From assembly GCF_963921235.1 (NCBI RefSeq), contig NC_086097.1:69876001-69940000 (forward strand): a DNA stretch of 64,000 nucleotides, in the 5' to 3' direction. Made by a program: the position numbers and the translations under genes. Below, one piece after another: positions 51,631 to 64,000 of this stretch. Origin of the DNA: Mobula hypostoma. Its lineage: Eukaryota. Position 1 is the first letter of the stretch. Each line of letters opens with the position of its first letter. The notes under the pieces are model-generated. The model saw nothing but the letters and a program-made list of their open reading frames with translations, was not told where the DNA came from and made no database searches.

Positions 51631-52897
51631 GAGAGCTGCTGGCAATATTTTGCCTGTGGATCAGTTCACCAGTATGGTACCATGCTGTTAGATGTTAGAA
51701 ATGAACTGGAGGTGAAATGCATTTGTTCTCATTCTCTGCCCAACACTCAACAGTGACCAGATTTGGTGCAGAACATCATGCACTTCATATCTACCCTCTT
51801 AGTTTTATCCCAATGATGGCTGGCATATGTACCTTGAACACCTTCAAATGATGGAGTCACTAACTGTTTGAAAAGTTGTGTGTTCCCAACTTAATTCTTC
51901 ATTTTTGATTAGTTAAGTGTACTTGAAATGTCTGTAAGTTCCTAAGATTATCAGAGGCATTCAAAGATATTCAACAGCTTTGGCATGCTGACAGAAGGCC
52001 ATCAGAGAGATTTGGAGATGAGGCTTCAGGGTCCACTGTCTGAGGCCCAATTGCTGCCCGCTCATCACAATGCCTTGATGAAAGGGTGTGTACAGGTCAA
52101 GTCTCCAGCAGGCCCCAAAGAGAAACTGCAGTGGATAAGTGCAGGGTGGTATGAAAGAGAGGGATATGGCTGGATCAACAGTCAGCAAAAACAAACTAGC
52201 TGTTCATCTACCACCAGTCTCAGTTTCATTGACAATTTGACAGAATGAGTTTTAGATTAAAACTAAGCTCTTTTTTAAATATATACATCATTCTTAATTT
52301 ACTGTACCTCTACTTTGAAAGTTGCTATCAGTGAGTCTGTACGGAAACAGTCTGGAAAAATTGCAGATTTAATGATATTAATGAAAATCTCTTGCTCTCT
52401 ATTACTAACCAAGAAATTAGGTACTTGTGTTCTGGAACAAACTATAGGATAGAGAATCTATACCATAAAATGATGAAAATATGACAGACATAACCTTTTA
52501 AGCCTCAGATATTAAATGAATGCACAGATCAAAAGTTGCTGTGTTATAGTTAACAATGCATTGAATCGAGCAGGGATACACCATAGTTACATTTGGAGTC
52601 ATTGATGTGTTATGTTCACTCTCAGAGATGGGATATTAAGAGAAAACAAAACCTGGTAAGTATCATTTGCAGTAATGGTGCTGTGAAAAATACATGCCAT
52701 CTTATTCAGGGAACAATATGTACAAACTACAGTAAAGAGGCCAAAAAGTTTAAGAATCAGGATATCATTCCATATCAATAACAAAATGCATATTTTCAAG
52801 TTGCCAGCTTGATTGGAGAACAATGTTGAAAGTCCAAATTAAAAATGCAGAAGCGAGAATAATGTTAATGTGTATATTGTAATAAAAAAACATTCCA

Positions 52898-53987
52898 AAC
52901 TCTGGCTGAGCAGTTGTCCTGAGCTGCTTGGGAAATAGAGAACCTAGAAAGCAGGAGACGGGAACAGGACAAGAGAAGGAATTTAGGAAGAGACTGTCAG
53001 TTCTCCGAGGGCAGCCCTCACCTCCTCCAGAACAGCCATAAGGTTTGGCTAACTTTAAAAGTGCTGATAAACTAAATGGAAGCAAAAATAGATGGTGATA
53101 TACCTATCTCGAGAAATACATGTTATAATGTGAATTTTACATTACTGAATTAAAAAAAAATCATTTATTCATTCCTTTTTCCCCACCTAAATGAGAATAT
53201 ATACATGGGAGGAATACACAGGGAAATCATTTCTGTGTAATGGACATAGTTTTTTTTTACTTTTATAGGTACTGCAGTGGGGGCCCTCAACCTACAGGTA
53301 GGAGGGGCTATCCCCCACAGCTAAACTTTTCTTCTAGCCCAACCCAGGGTCAGCTAGAGACACCAGTCTTGGAACCACACCTTCCTTACCTTTCTTTTTA
53401 TTATTCACTTTTCTTGGTTCTTATTTGTTGAGGGAGTAGATCGATTAAGTTATATTCTGCAAATTTCAATGATATACTAACAGATAAATACACTTAGTAA
53501 GACCATATATTTTGGGTATATACCTCAAGAATGGTTGAAAAGAGATAAATATAAATATTTAATGAATGTACTGCTGGTGGCTGGTAAAAAGACCCTTACC
53601 AGAAAGTGGTTATCTCAGGAGAGCCCAACTTTAAATGTATGGATGGAAATTACAATGGACATTTACAAAATGGAGAAGATAACAACATCTGTTAATCATA
53701 AGTTGGAACAATTTTATTCATACTGGAAAAATGGTTTAACTACATAACATCTCATAGGCCTGATTTTATTCTCACAATCAATGAATATGTTGTTTAAAAA
53801 AAATCACTCCCTGCTCTGAACATAGTTTTCTTCTTGTGATTGTTCTTTCTTTCCTCCTCTTTCTATAAGAGTATACTTCAGATAAATATTATGTGGAGAA
53901 TTGTGACAAATATGATATATGTACAGTATCTGAAATACATCCTGTGGAAATGTTTGATGATGAAACTCAGTAAAAAATAAATTACAA
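52898..53987 (+). mobile_element. Second-family L1: ORF1 3' end and spacer fused to ORF2 3' end, 3'UTR and A-tail
   Basis: 14-bp TSD AAAAAAACATTCCA at 52884-52897 and 53988-54001; ORF1-like C-terminus (TLAEQLS..WE..RKRLSVLR..*); ORF2 tail (LLVAGKKTLTRKWL..IYKMEKIT). Confidence 0.85.
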
Positions 53988-54006
53988 AAAAAAACATTCC
54001 ACTCAC

Positions 54007-54110
54007 CAACATTGGTCTCGCCTCCCTTATACGTCACATTTTTGATCGCAGAATTAAGATCTCTTGAATTAGTGTTATCCTTCAACATGAACTCAATTTT
54101 AGGATTGTCA
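54007..54110 (-). CDS. COCH: Cochlin vWA1 exon (SDNPKIEFMLKDNTNSRDLNSAIKNVTYKGGETNV)
   Basis: tacag/gtgagt; 104 bp; frame continuous with neighbours. Confidence 0.94.
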
Positions 54111-54245
54111 CTGTAATACATGAAGGACATTGTGACTCATTTTACACCGATGCAGACACTCACATTTTCACAGGTGCAAATGATAGTTTAGCCTTAATTG
54201 GAAAAGTTTAAGAGAGCAATTTGATACAGTTTTTTCCTATTTTAC

Positions 54246-54393
54246 CTGACTTGTACAATGCCAACAAGTGGCCCTTCTGGCCCAATACCAAGCAAATTGG
54301 TAACTCTGATGACAAAATTCTTCTGTAGATTAAATCTGCGTTTACCTAGGTTCCAGCTCCCATCGATTAAAAAAGCGATATCAGCTTTGCAGT
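54246..54393 (-). CDS. COCH: Cochlin vWA1 exon ([49 protein letters not shown])
   Basis: cacag/gtaaa; 148 bp; [13 protein letters not shown] and [10 protein letters not shown] identical to cochlin. Confidence 0.96.
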
Positions 54394-54475
54394 CTGTGGG
54401 ATAAAGAACATACGGCCGTTCAATCAGTAGGTAAAATTTTACTAAAAAGAACTGTGTGTGGGGGAGGGTCCTTAC

Positions 54476-54538
54476 CTTTGATTACTGGTTTTGAATTCCT
54501 TTTCGCATTTTTTGCAGGTTTTTTCTTTATAGTTCTTG
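54476..54538 (-). CDS. COCH: Cochlin Lys-rich linker exon ([21 protein letters not shown])
   Basis: ttttag/gtaagg; 63 bp, phase 1-1; equivalent to cochlin GKRLKKTPEKKTGNK. Confidence 0.85.
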
Positions 54539-56018
54539 CTAAAATATGAATAATGGAACCTTTTAGGTGAAATACAGTTCTTATATGTTTTCTTTTACAG
54601 ATCTTAGTGAAGTTTGCAAATGAGCAAATAATACCATGTTAAATGAAGAGTTTTTTTCTTAAAACATCCACAATCCATTAAAATAGGAACATTTCTTAGG
54701 AACAGAAAGTGCTGGAAATATTCAGTCATTCAGAATGCATTCTTAAGAGGGAAAATAGAAATGACATTTCAAGTCCTTTATCAGTTTCCAGATCAGTTCT
54801 GAATAAGGGTCATTTGCCTGAAGTCAATTGTGCTCATCTTTTCACAGATACCACCTGACTACTTGGGTATTTCCAGCATTTTCTGTTTTTATATCTGATT
54901 TCTATTATCTACAGTCTCATGATTTTCACAAACATCAATATTCATTTACTTTCCAAAATATTTGTTTGTCATAATATTAACAACGTTTATCAACAATATA
55001 CAATAAAGTTGAACCATGTATTATCAGATGTATCTTTCCTAATTCTTTTAAATAGCTTTACTATCGTGAAAGTGCTGACATGAAAAACAAATTAACTGCT
55101 CACAAACTTCTCCATCGACCTTGAATAAGTGTCTGGCTGAAATCTGTAAAATCCTATATTCTTAACTAAATAGTATTGGATGAGAAGGATTAGGTAGATC
55201 AAAATTAAATAATAACTGTAGGACAGTGCAGGTTTGTCATGGCTGAAATTCAATCATATATATCAGGCACTTGGAAAAAGAACACTGACCAAAACAATTG
55301 TTATAATATCCAATATGTTGTAAAATTATCCAGAAAACATGTTTCAATAACAATAAGTAACTATATTCTATAGAGTCATAGAAAAGTATAACACAGAACC
55401 AGGCCCTTCAGCCCATCTAGTCAATGCTGAACCACTTAATCTGTGCAACTGGAGAATTGGGTCTGGTTCTGTCTGGTAGCTACAGTTCTGGATGTGGAGG
55501 TACCATCTTGAGGTTACGGGTGTTCAGTAAGGAGTTGTTTTCTTTGGAGGAAATATAATTGAGAAGAAAATTGGTAGATGTTTACAACATGTGGAGCAGA
55601 CACAATGGACCAAATAGCCTAATTCTGTTCCTATGTCTTATGGTCTAATTTCATTACTGGTTTAGCTGGGATAAACTTTCCTATTAAAAGTGAGAGACAA
55701 AGGGTATGGGGAGGAATGAGGGAAAGCTCTTTTCTTTTTAGGAAAAAAAACCACAGTGCCAATGATATGCAACTGATGGTACGATGATCAAAACAGAGTT
55801 AATTGAGGCTTTCAAAAGATAATTGAACAGGCAGTTAAGGAAATTTACTTACTGCCCAAGGAAAAAGCAAGTGAATGGGACTAAATGAATTGATGTACAA
55901 ATCCTGGGAATGTAACCGCTGGACAGAATAGCCTCTTTTTCAGCTTTAATAGTTCTAAAATTCTGCAACAGGTTTTGTTGTAACGATTTTCAGTCTGATT
56001 AGACATCACACAGTATTA

Positions 56019-56436
56019 ATCTTAATGGCTCCGTCTGTCTAAGTAGACAATGGATGCGCCCGGTTCCGGGGCGCAGACCTGGCGATGAATATGGAGATCC
56101 TGGGCTGCCCAGACATCAAGATCCCCCTCTCGGCCTCGCAGATGTGGTCCAAAGGAATGCGAAGCAGTACATTTGGCATCAGCTTGGGTGCAGGAGCTGC
56201 CGGCAGGTGACGTGATACATCATCCAACTGCCTTAGGGGCTCCACTCCGGATTTGTGTAGGGTTTACTCCTTAGCCTTCTCTTCTCCTGAAGATACCCAC
56301 AAGGCAGTGGGATCCATAACCCTGGATAGGGGCCCATACCGGGTACTGTCAGCCAGAGCCAGCTGAGCCCGGGACTCGTGTAAGGCAGGGTCGTCACGCC
56401 CTGTAGTAGTGACATATGGAGCCACTACCCACTACC
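56019..56436 (-). mobile_element. Non-autonomous RTE-like SINE with structured 5' region
   Basis: 12-bp TSD with one mismatch (CACACAGTATTA 56007-56018 / CACACAATATTA 56437-56448); GC-rich; short (ATTAAG) tail; RTE assignment from memory. Confidence 0.6.
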
Positions 56437-56474
56437 CACACAATATTATGAGATGTATAGTAGGCAATACAAAC

Positions 56475-56534
56475 CAGTTGGAACTACTGTTGCCTTTGGC
56501 TGTCCAGATACTTCAAGACTTGTCGTATTCCCTC
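56475..56534 (-). CDS. COCH: Cochlin linker exon (RGNTTSLEVSGQPKATVVPT)
   Basis: ttctgcag/gtttgt; 60 bp, phase 1-1; resembles cochlin [21 protein letters not shown]. Confidence 0.8.
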
Positions 56535-57611
56535 CTGCAGAAGAAATTAAGTTAATATTTCAGACTTTGTACAACTTTGAGAAACAGCTTTCTATTTGTG
56601 TGGAATAAGACCATCTTATTTACAACACTGCGTTTACATCTTTGGCCTGAATGCAAGTCGAGATTTATTGCCTTTTGATGTTTTTATGCACGCCACATGT
56701 TTAATTTTGTAAACTGAGAGAAAACAGTGTAAACCGCATGCTGGTTATGCGATTTGCAAGGCCTATTCAGATTTTAAATAGAGAAAGCGGGCATGAGATT
56801 TTCACAACCACCAAAATGTGAAATAAGGTGAAAGAACTTCAAATATTTAAAATGACATCTTTAAAAGTTTAGTCACATTGAAGTTTCATGCAGGTCAAAG
56901 CAAACTATGGTGTCTGGTTAAACCTTTTTCTCAATTTGAAAGCAAGGTCACTTTGAAGCAAATCACTTCTATGTTTTATTTTGGAAATTATTTCGGTGAA
57001 TATTGTCATTGCAATATTGCTGGTGATTTATGAAAGCAAAAGGAACGATTGAATATTTAATAATCTACAAGTTGACAAATTTGGTGATTAATATTGTTAA
57101 GTATTGGAATTTAATACAACTTTTATAAAATGCATACAAAAGGAATATTCCATTAAACTTTAACCAAATCTATTTATATATATGTTAATTATTTTGATAT
57201 ATTTTCCATTGGTGATGGTACATTGCTCTGGTTTAAACTTTCCAAGGTTTTATAAACAAATATTAAAGCTTATTTTAAAAAAATATGGTCTTCACATTTA
57301 AGCACACGTTGATAAACAAATTTGAAGAAACTCCTGTGTGGAATGAGACTTAATAGGTAGATTGATAATAATGGTGAAACATTCACTTTTCTTAAATAAA
57401 ATGAAATATTATTGAAAACAGCAGGCCAGTCACCATCTATGGTGATGAAATGTTACTGATCTGAAATATTTTATCTGTTTTTCTCTCTCCACTGATACTT
57501 TCCGAACTGCTGAGTATTTTCTGGTATTTTGTTATTTTTTAAGTTCAGGTATTCAACATCCACAGTTTTGCTTTTGTTTCATGATTGACTCTTCATATAT
57601 TAACTTTTGTA

Positions 57612-59388
57612 AACACACACAAAATGCTGGAGGAACTCAGCAGGTCAGGCAGCATCTATGGAAAAAAACAGTTGACATTTTGGGCTGAAACCCTTCAGCA
57701 GGCTGGAGGAAAAAAGGCTGAGGAGTAGATTTAAAAGGTGGGGGAGGGGAGAGAGAACCACCAGGTGATAGGTGAAACTTGGAGGGGGAGGGATGAAGTA
57801 AGAGCTAGGAAATTGATTGGTGTAAGAGACAGAAGGCCATGGAAGAAAGAAAAAGGGGGAAGGAGCACCAGAGCGAGGTGATGGGTGGGCAAGGAGATGA
57901 GAAGGGGGATGGGAAATGGAGAGGGGGGCAGTTTGGGGGGTATTACCAGAAGTTTGAGAAATAGATGTTCATGCCATGGGGTTGGAGGCTACCCAAACGG
58001 AATATAAGGTGTTGTTCCTTCAACCCAAGTGTGGCCTCATCACGACAGTGAAGGAGGCCATGGATGGACATATCAGAATGGGAATGGGAAGTGGAATTAA
58101 AATGGGTGGCCATTGGGAGATCCTGCTTGTTCTGGCGGACAGAGTTACATGCTTGGCGAAGCGATCTCCCAATTTACATCGGGTTTCACTGATACAGGAG
58201 CCACACCAGGAGCACCAAACGCAGTGATTGACTCCAACAGACTCACTGGTGAAATATTGGCTCACCTGGAGGGACTGTTTCAGGCCTGGGATGGTAGTGA
58301 GGAAGGAGGTAGGGCGGGGAAAAACCTCATAGTTCCCACACCCCGCACCTCCCTTATCTACCTCCTACCCAAGATCCACAAACCCATTCAAGTAGACCCA
58401 TTGTTTCAGCTTACTCCTGCCTCACTGAACTCATATCTGCATACCTCGACTTTGTTTTATCCCCCCTGGTTCAGCCCCTTACCACCTACATCCATGACAC
58501 CACACACGCTCTTGCTCTTCTCAAGGATTTCAAGTTCCCTGGCCCCCATCATCTTATTTTACCATGGTTGTCCAGTCTGTATACACCTCTGTCCCCTACC
58601 AAGAAGGCCTCAAAGCTCCCTGTCTTTTTTCTGGACACCAGACCTAACCATTTACCCTCCACCACCACGCTCCTCTGCCAAGTGGAACTTGTCCTCACTC
58701 TAAATAATTTCTTCTTTGGGTCCTCCCACTTCCTTCAAACAAAAGATGCAGCCATGGGCATTCGTATGGGTCCCAGCTATGCTTGGCTGTTTGTTGGCTA
58801 CCTGGAGCAGTCTATGTCTGAAGCCTACACTGGTGGCTGTCCTGCACTTATCCTATGCTACATTGACAACTGCATTGGTGCTGCTTTCTTCACCCATGCT
58901 GAACTTGTCGACTTCATCTACTTTGCCGCCAACTTCCACCATGCCCTCAAATTCATCTGGTCCATTTCCAGGAGGCCACACTGGGAGAACCGAACACATT
59001 AAACTTCCAGTAATGCCCCCTAACCCCTCCCTCTCCATTTCCCATCCCCTTTTCCATCTCTCACCTCATCTCCTTGCCCATCCAGCGCTTCCCTCTGGTG
59101 TTCCTTCCACCTTTTTCTTTCTTCCATGACATTCTGTCCCTTTCACCAATCAACTTCCCAGCTCTTTATCCCTCTCCCCTCGAGGTTTCACCTATCACCT
59201 GGTGGTTCTCTCTCCCTTCCCCCACCTTTTAAAGCTACTCCAGCTTTTTTTCTCCAGTCCTGCCAAAGGGCTTCAGCCTGAAGCGTCGACTGTACTTTTT
59301 TTCCATAGATGCTGCCTGGCCTGCTGAGTTCCTCCAGCATTTTGTGTGTGTTGTTCAGATTTCCAGCCTCTGCAGATTTTCTCTTGTT
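57612..59388. mobile_element. Penelope-like element with inverted termini in a COCH intron
   Basis: - strand GIY-YIG remnant (58020-58265); + strand RT remnant (YLLPKIHKP, AMG.RMGPSYA, YIDNCIG); ~350-bp ends are inverted copies. Confidence 0.88.
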
Positions 59389-59469
59389 ATTTTTGCATAC
59401 AATGGGAATTTCGTCAGTAATCATTCATTTATTATTTGAAATTCTTGAAAAGAATAAAGCACTACTCAC

Positions 59470-59603
59470 TGGAGACTGTAAAAGAGTTCTTCCATTGACG
59501 AAGTGATAAAGACCATATCCCATTTGTAAAGGAAGGTTGATAACCAATCTGTCCTGGTAGAAACTTAAGATGAACCGGTCCTCCGTTGCTGTCAATTACA
59601 CCA
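59470..59603 (-). CDS. COCH: Cochlin exon, second half of LCCL domain (GVIDSNGGPVHLKFLPGQIGYQPSFTNGIWSLSLRQWKNSFTVS)
   Basis: tgcag/gtgagt on - strand; 134 bp; aligns to cochlin GVISNSGGPV...NGIQSQMLSRWSASFTV. Confidence 0.92.
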
Positions 59604-62600
59604 CTGCAATACATCACAATGAAAGACAGCAGTGAGGAAATGCCATTTACATGTGTGTTTGGGATGATTGTTGGCAACATTATAATAATGAGTAGAGAGT
59701 GTTTCTTTAACTGATTAAATCATTGAATATGTTTTCTTTAATTGAACAACAATGAAAGAAAACATGAAATTTCAACTAACAGTTACTTAACAATACATGC
59801 CTTGAGTCTGAATAATATCACTTATAGCAGTGGTTAGTTATTGTAAGAGCATTATTAGTAATATTTCACAACTATTTTTAATGCTGCCAAAGGTACAAGT
59901 GCAATACCATTAAGAGTTTTATAGAAACCTCACCAACCATGATAAAATTACAAATGGTATTATAATTTTGTACAGCCTCCAAGTAGATCTCCAGTGAAGC
60001 GATTTGACATTTTTTGTTTATGGAAAGCTGATTAACTTTTATTATTAGATCACTTCTCCATGCATGATTTTAGTTTTCTAAAATTAGTAGAGATTGATCC
60101 ATTGAAGAGGTTGTTTCTTCAGTAGGGTGAGGCAAAATAATTAAAGAGCTTAAACGTCTCCCAGGGATTGGTTACAGCATATTACAAGCTTGGAGAAAGA
60201 GTTATTCTAAAAGCAAAATAATGTAGATATTGAAAGTATTCAGAAGGTCCTGTGGAGAGAGAAAGCTAGTTATCCCTTTGCATCAATGATCTTATTTCTG
60301 AGAGTAATCCATCTTTCCACTCCAAGTCAGAATGGGATTTAAAGCTTATGATAGTTGTAAATAATATAAGACTTTAAAATAATTGAGAATGAAAGAAACC
60401 ATTCATTCAAACTCAATCATCCCTTCCAGGATTTCCTGCAATTCTCTCATTATAGAGCAGTCACTTAAATACTACAAAATGTCACGAACATTGCACTACT
60501 GCAAGTCCTAAATTTTTCTTATGCCAGTTAACTTGCGATTAACAAGAAAGCAAAAACAGAAGAAAAAATATAAATTAACTTTGGCCCAATATCACACTAG
60601 TTGTGACATGATTTATAAAGTAAAATTGTGTGTGTTACTTTGCATTTCCAGCAGCTGCAGAAATCTCGTGTACATTAATTTTATTCTGGTTTAGCCTTTC
60701 TCAGTTGTGTGTGTTTTATCTGAAGTATTAAGATGCAGAAGAAATATTATTCCAGCAATGGTCAAATTGTCAGAATGAAATGATTGTGCACTTTATGGAT
60801 GTATAGCCAGAGAAATCGCAAAGCCAAATAAAACATTATACAATTTACAGAAAAAACTTGAAAAATGGTCTTACCGGTTGTCACTATTGGTGCATTTTAG
60901 TTGAAGCAATCAAGTTAAAGCTTCATGCTTGTCAGCAAATAAATCACCATTTTGCAAATTGGTCAATCATGGTAAAATCAAACTCAAAATTGTGAATTAT
61001 TGCTTTTTTTGGGAGGAAACAATGAAAATAAGTCACACCTGGAGGCCAGGGATGTGATAACTGCAATTCAACCCATCAGAATTTTAGTCCATTGCCTCAT
61101 CAGGACATGGAAGCCACAAGATGCCTTTCTAAAACTAGTGTTTAGGCACTAGTTACTTTTTTACATTTTTTAAAAACAGCATTTTTATGCTGCAGGTAAA
61201 ATAGAACATGAAAAGAGTACAGAGAAATTAATTGAAGATGAGAGGAAATGTCAGTCATCACGATAACTAACACATTTTCTTCACTCTTTCTTTGAGGCAA
61301 AGAGCTGAAAAAGCTTTACAATGAAAAGACCATGTTCCCAAAAGGAATAATACATGTTATGGAATGCATCAGGTAAATAGAAAATAACACAATGGCAAGA
61401 ACTACATAACCAAAGGGAAACTGATGTGGAATTCCCACCAGCCCTCCATTGTAATTAAAGCTGAGGCATTGCCTCACTTGCTTCCGTAACATGCTGCCCC
61501 GGTCACATCACAAGATGTGCAAGTTTTAGTCCACAGTGTTTTTCTCAAGGGATTAATTGTTCATTCAATTGACCCTACAAGCTCTTCTTGCGGCCTGAAA
61601 ATGAGTGGTGTAAGTTTGACAAGGATGCCTGAGGCTTCTGTGGTTGGCAAAACCAGGGGTTCAGTCTCCTGAGGGTGTATATATATGGATTTCACTGTCT
61701 GGACTAGTGATGGGAAAGTCCCAGCCAGTCTTCCTTCCTGTGCACTGGCAGGCAATAGGTAAGGCTGAGATGAAGGAGGAAACCTTGTGAGAGGGCACTC
61801 TACATCACATCCAAACTACTCTTCATCTCTTTCACTCTTTGAGGAAGAGATCTGATAATGAGTGAAGTTCCAATTACAGGATATTTTGAAGCTGGCAAAA
61901 ATGCTGGAGCCCAGCGTCTGAATGGCACCAGCTTAAATTTTGATCAAAGATGTATAAGCATCTAACAGGATTTCTGTGGAGAAGGTTATTTGTGGTATTC
62001 ACAGAACTGACCGCAGTCTCCTTTCTAACAACACTGGCCAGAATGTTGACGATGTGGCATTTGAGTGTTCAGACTGCGGCAACTGAGAGAGAGACGACTC
62101 AAATCTCCAGTGATTAATAGTGCACAAAGAAACCGTTTTATTTTTGAACTGTGCTGTCACTCCTCTCACCCAGAATACCGGAGGCCACTCCTTTGTTGGT
62201 CCCGTAATGTTCAGTCATGCTCTCTGCATCTTTCTCCAACTATCTTTTCTAGTTATCTCCAGTTCTCAGTATATCTACTTCTGTTGGCAAACAGGTTACG
62301 AGTGAGGAGAGTAATCTCCTCCATAACCTCTTTTGCAGGGTCTAAGTCATGAAAGAAATCCATATGAATGGGAGAGAGAGAGAGAAAGACAAGGGTCAGC
62401 ACATGAGAAGAAATATGTCTTGTTGCACATTGATTTCATGTTTAATGGTGGTGAAATATTAAACCAGGTATTCAAGATTTCTTTGGCATTGGTTCCAGCC
62501 TCACCATTGCTGAAACTCCCACCTTCTATTCACCAGTAATGAGCATTTCTTCACTCCCACCTGTGTCAGAATCTGGATGGAGACTGTTCCTCAGTTCAGC

Positions 62601-64000
62601 GACCCAAACATTCATCCTCCCCTCATTATTCTGGCCTTGGCTCATGAGGCAACATCTCCTATGCAGCAATTACAATTTGTAGGAAGTGTTGCATGATAAC
62701 TCCATGTGGTGAGCACGAAGCTGTATGTCACGGCTGTACTGTACAAAATAACAAATGTGAAATTGGAGGGGTGAAAAACCATCTTGTTGTGAGCCGATGT
62801 CTGGTTGAATGAGTAAGGAGAAGGTACTGTTTGATGTCACAATGATCTGACATGATTGAGAATTAAGGTGAGGAGAACTTGGGTGTTGTGGGGAGAAGGT
62901 ATAGTACAGAAAAATACAGACAGAGGAAAACTACTTTGTTGTCTTAGTCAGGCTGTTGACCTCCTGACCAAGCTTGCTACTGGTCTCAAGTTAGCACTGT
63001 GTCTACTATCATCTCCATAACTGTGCTATTAAACATAGCCTTTGACATGATGGTACAAGTTACACCAATTCAAAATAACATTTCCAAGTGGATGAAATTG
63101 GAACACTAAAATGCTCTTCGTCCTTTAAATTTGTACTAGGTAATCCCACAGCTCAATTACTTGGCCTACCTGTGACTGAAAACTGGTATTTAAAGTAATT
63201 GAGTAGAATCAGAACACAACCAACTAATTTTTGGTGACATAATCACACGGCTGGCTAACATGTTGCTTTCTACTGTGTCTGAAAATTATCCATTTACAAT
63301 AAGTACAATTTAACAAATTGAAATTTATTTAGTGGATTTTGTTTAACATTTAATTTGGTTATGCTTAGTAGTAGGGATTCAAACAAAGGAATTGTGAATT
63401 ACATTTCCTGTTTCATTTCTGGAGGATTTGTATGTTTCTTTTCTAAACATACATATAAATCCAGAGCTTAGAGGACAAACGCAGCATTTTTAAAGTTACT
63501 ATTAAACGTATTCAAAGTGAACTCAATTCACTTCAGTAGTATTACTGACTATTGCTAGAAAGAAGAACACAAGCATAAATACTTTGTTAAGGCATTTACT
63601 TTTAAAATTGTGCAATGTAGTCAGTGACATCCTTATATAAAACATGCAGAAAACTTGAGTTAGATGATAAGCAGATTTCTCATCCAAATGAGAGAAATGT
63701 AAATGGCATAAAATGAAAAAAAGAAATACAATTGAACTTCTAATGAATTTTAATTTACAAAATCCCCTTCAGAGTGAGTAATATTGCACAGTAAGCACAA
63801 ATAGATCTCACCATGTATTTTGAAAATGAGACTTTTTTCTTACAATGTTTTAGAGTTGTCCTTTCATATCCATATTCACTTTTTTGTCCATTTGTGCTAA
63901 TCCCATTTGACCACATTAGGACTGTATCCTTTTGTGCTTCGCCCTCTATTTATAAGTGTCTGCCTTAATGCTTCTTAAATTAGTAATTGTATTCAATTTC

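Noticed and set aside
45167..59603. Calling the vWA gene vitrin and the WD40 gene STRN
   Set aside because: Short linker and motifs ([33 protein letters not shown]) fit COCH; WD40 residues fit STRN3
60868..60960. Strong - strand donor (CCG/gtaaga) as a candidate upstream COCH exon
   Set aside because: Stop codon in the required frame and no LCCL similarity
235..62539. Many 60-150 aa ORFs in the ORF track
   Set aside because: Antisense or alternate frames of transposons and exons, or chance ORFs in AT-rich introns; no recognisable independent products

Overview
Vertebrate genomic DNA, AT-rich and intron/transposon-dominated. The repeat content (CR1, Penelope-like, Rex-Babar, L1, V-SINE) suggests a cartilaginous fish, probably a ray; this is an inference. 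Two host genes lie tail-to-tail, as in other jawed vertebrates. On + are the last 7 coding exons of striatin-3 (STRN3, WD40 region; 1727-23647, 3'UTR to ~24960). On - are 8 coding exons of cochlin (COCH; second half of LCCL, vWA1, vWA2; 59603-45167); its 5' exons were not found in the window. Mobile elements: a full-length L1 with a 16-bp TSD and a single ORF2 nonsense codon; an ORF2-deleted L1 next to a COCH splice donor; several CR1s (one nested in another); a Rex-Babar LINE; Penelope-like elements whose ends carry degenerate minimal hammerhead ribozymes; a Tc1 remnant; a mini-MITE; an RTE-like structured SINE; and a 2.9-kb non-autonomous Gypsy LTR element with a tRNA-Pro PBS. The most unusual observation is that this LTR element appears to carry four collinear, microhomology-joined pieces of a sarcomeric myosin heavy-chain rod coding sequence, i.e. 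a captured and compacted host mRNA. All homology calls come from remembered protein sequences; no searches were run.
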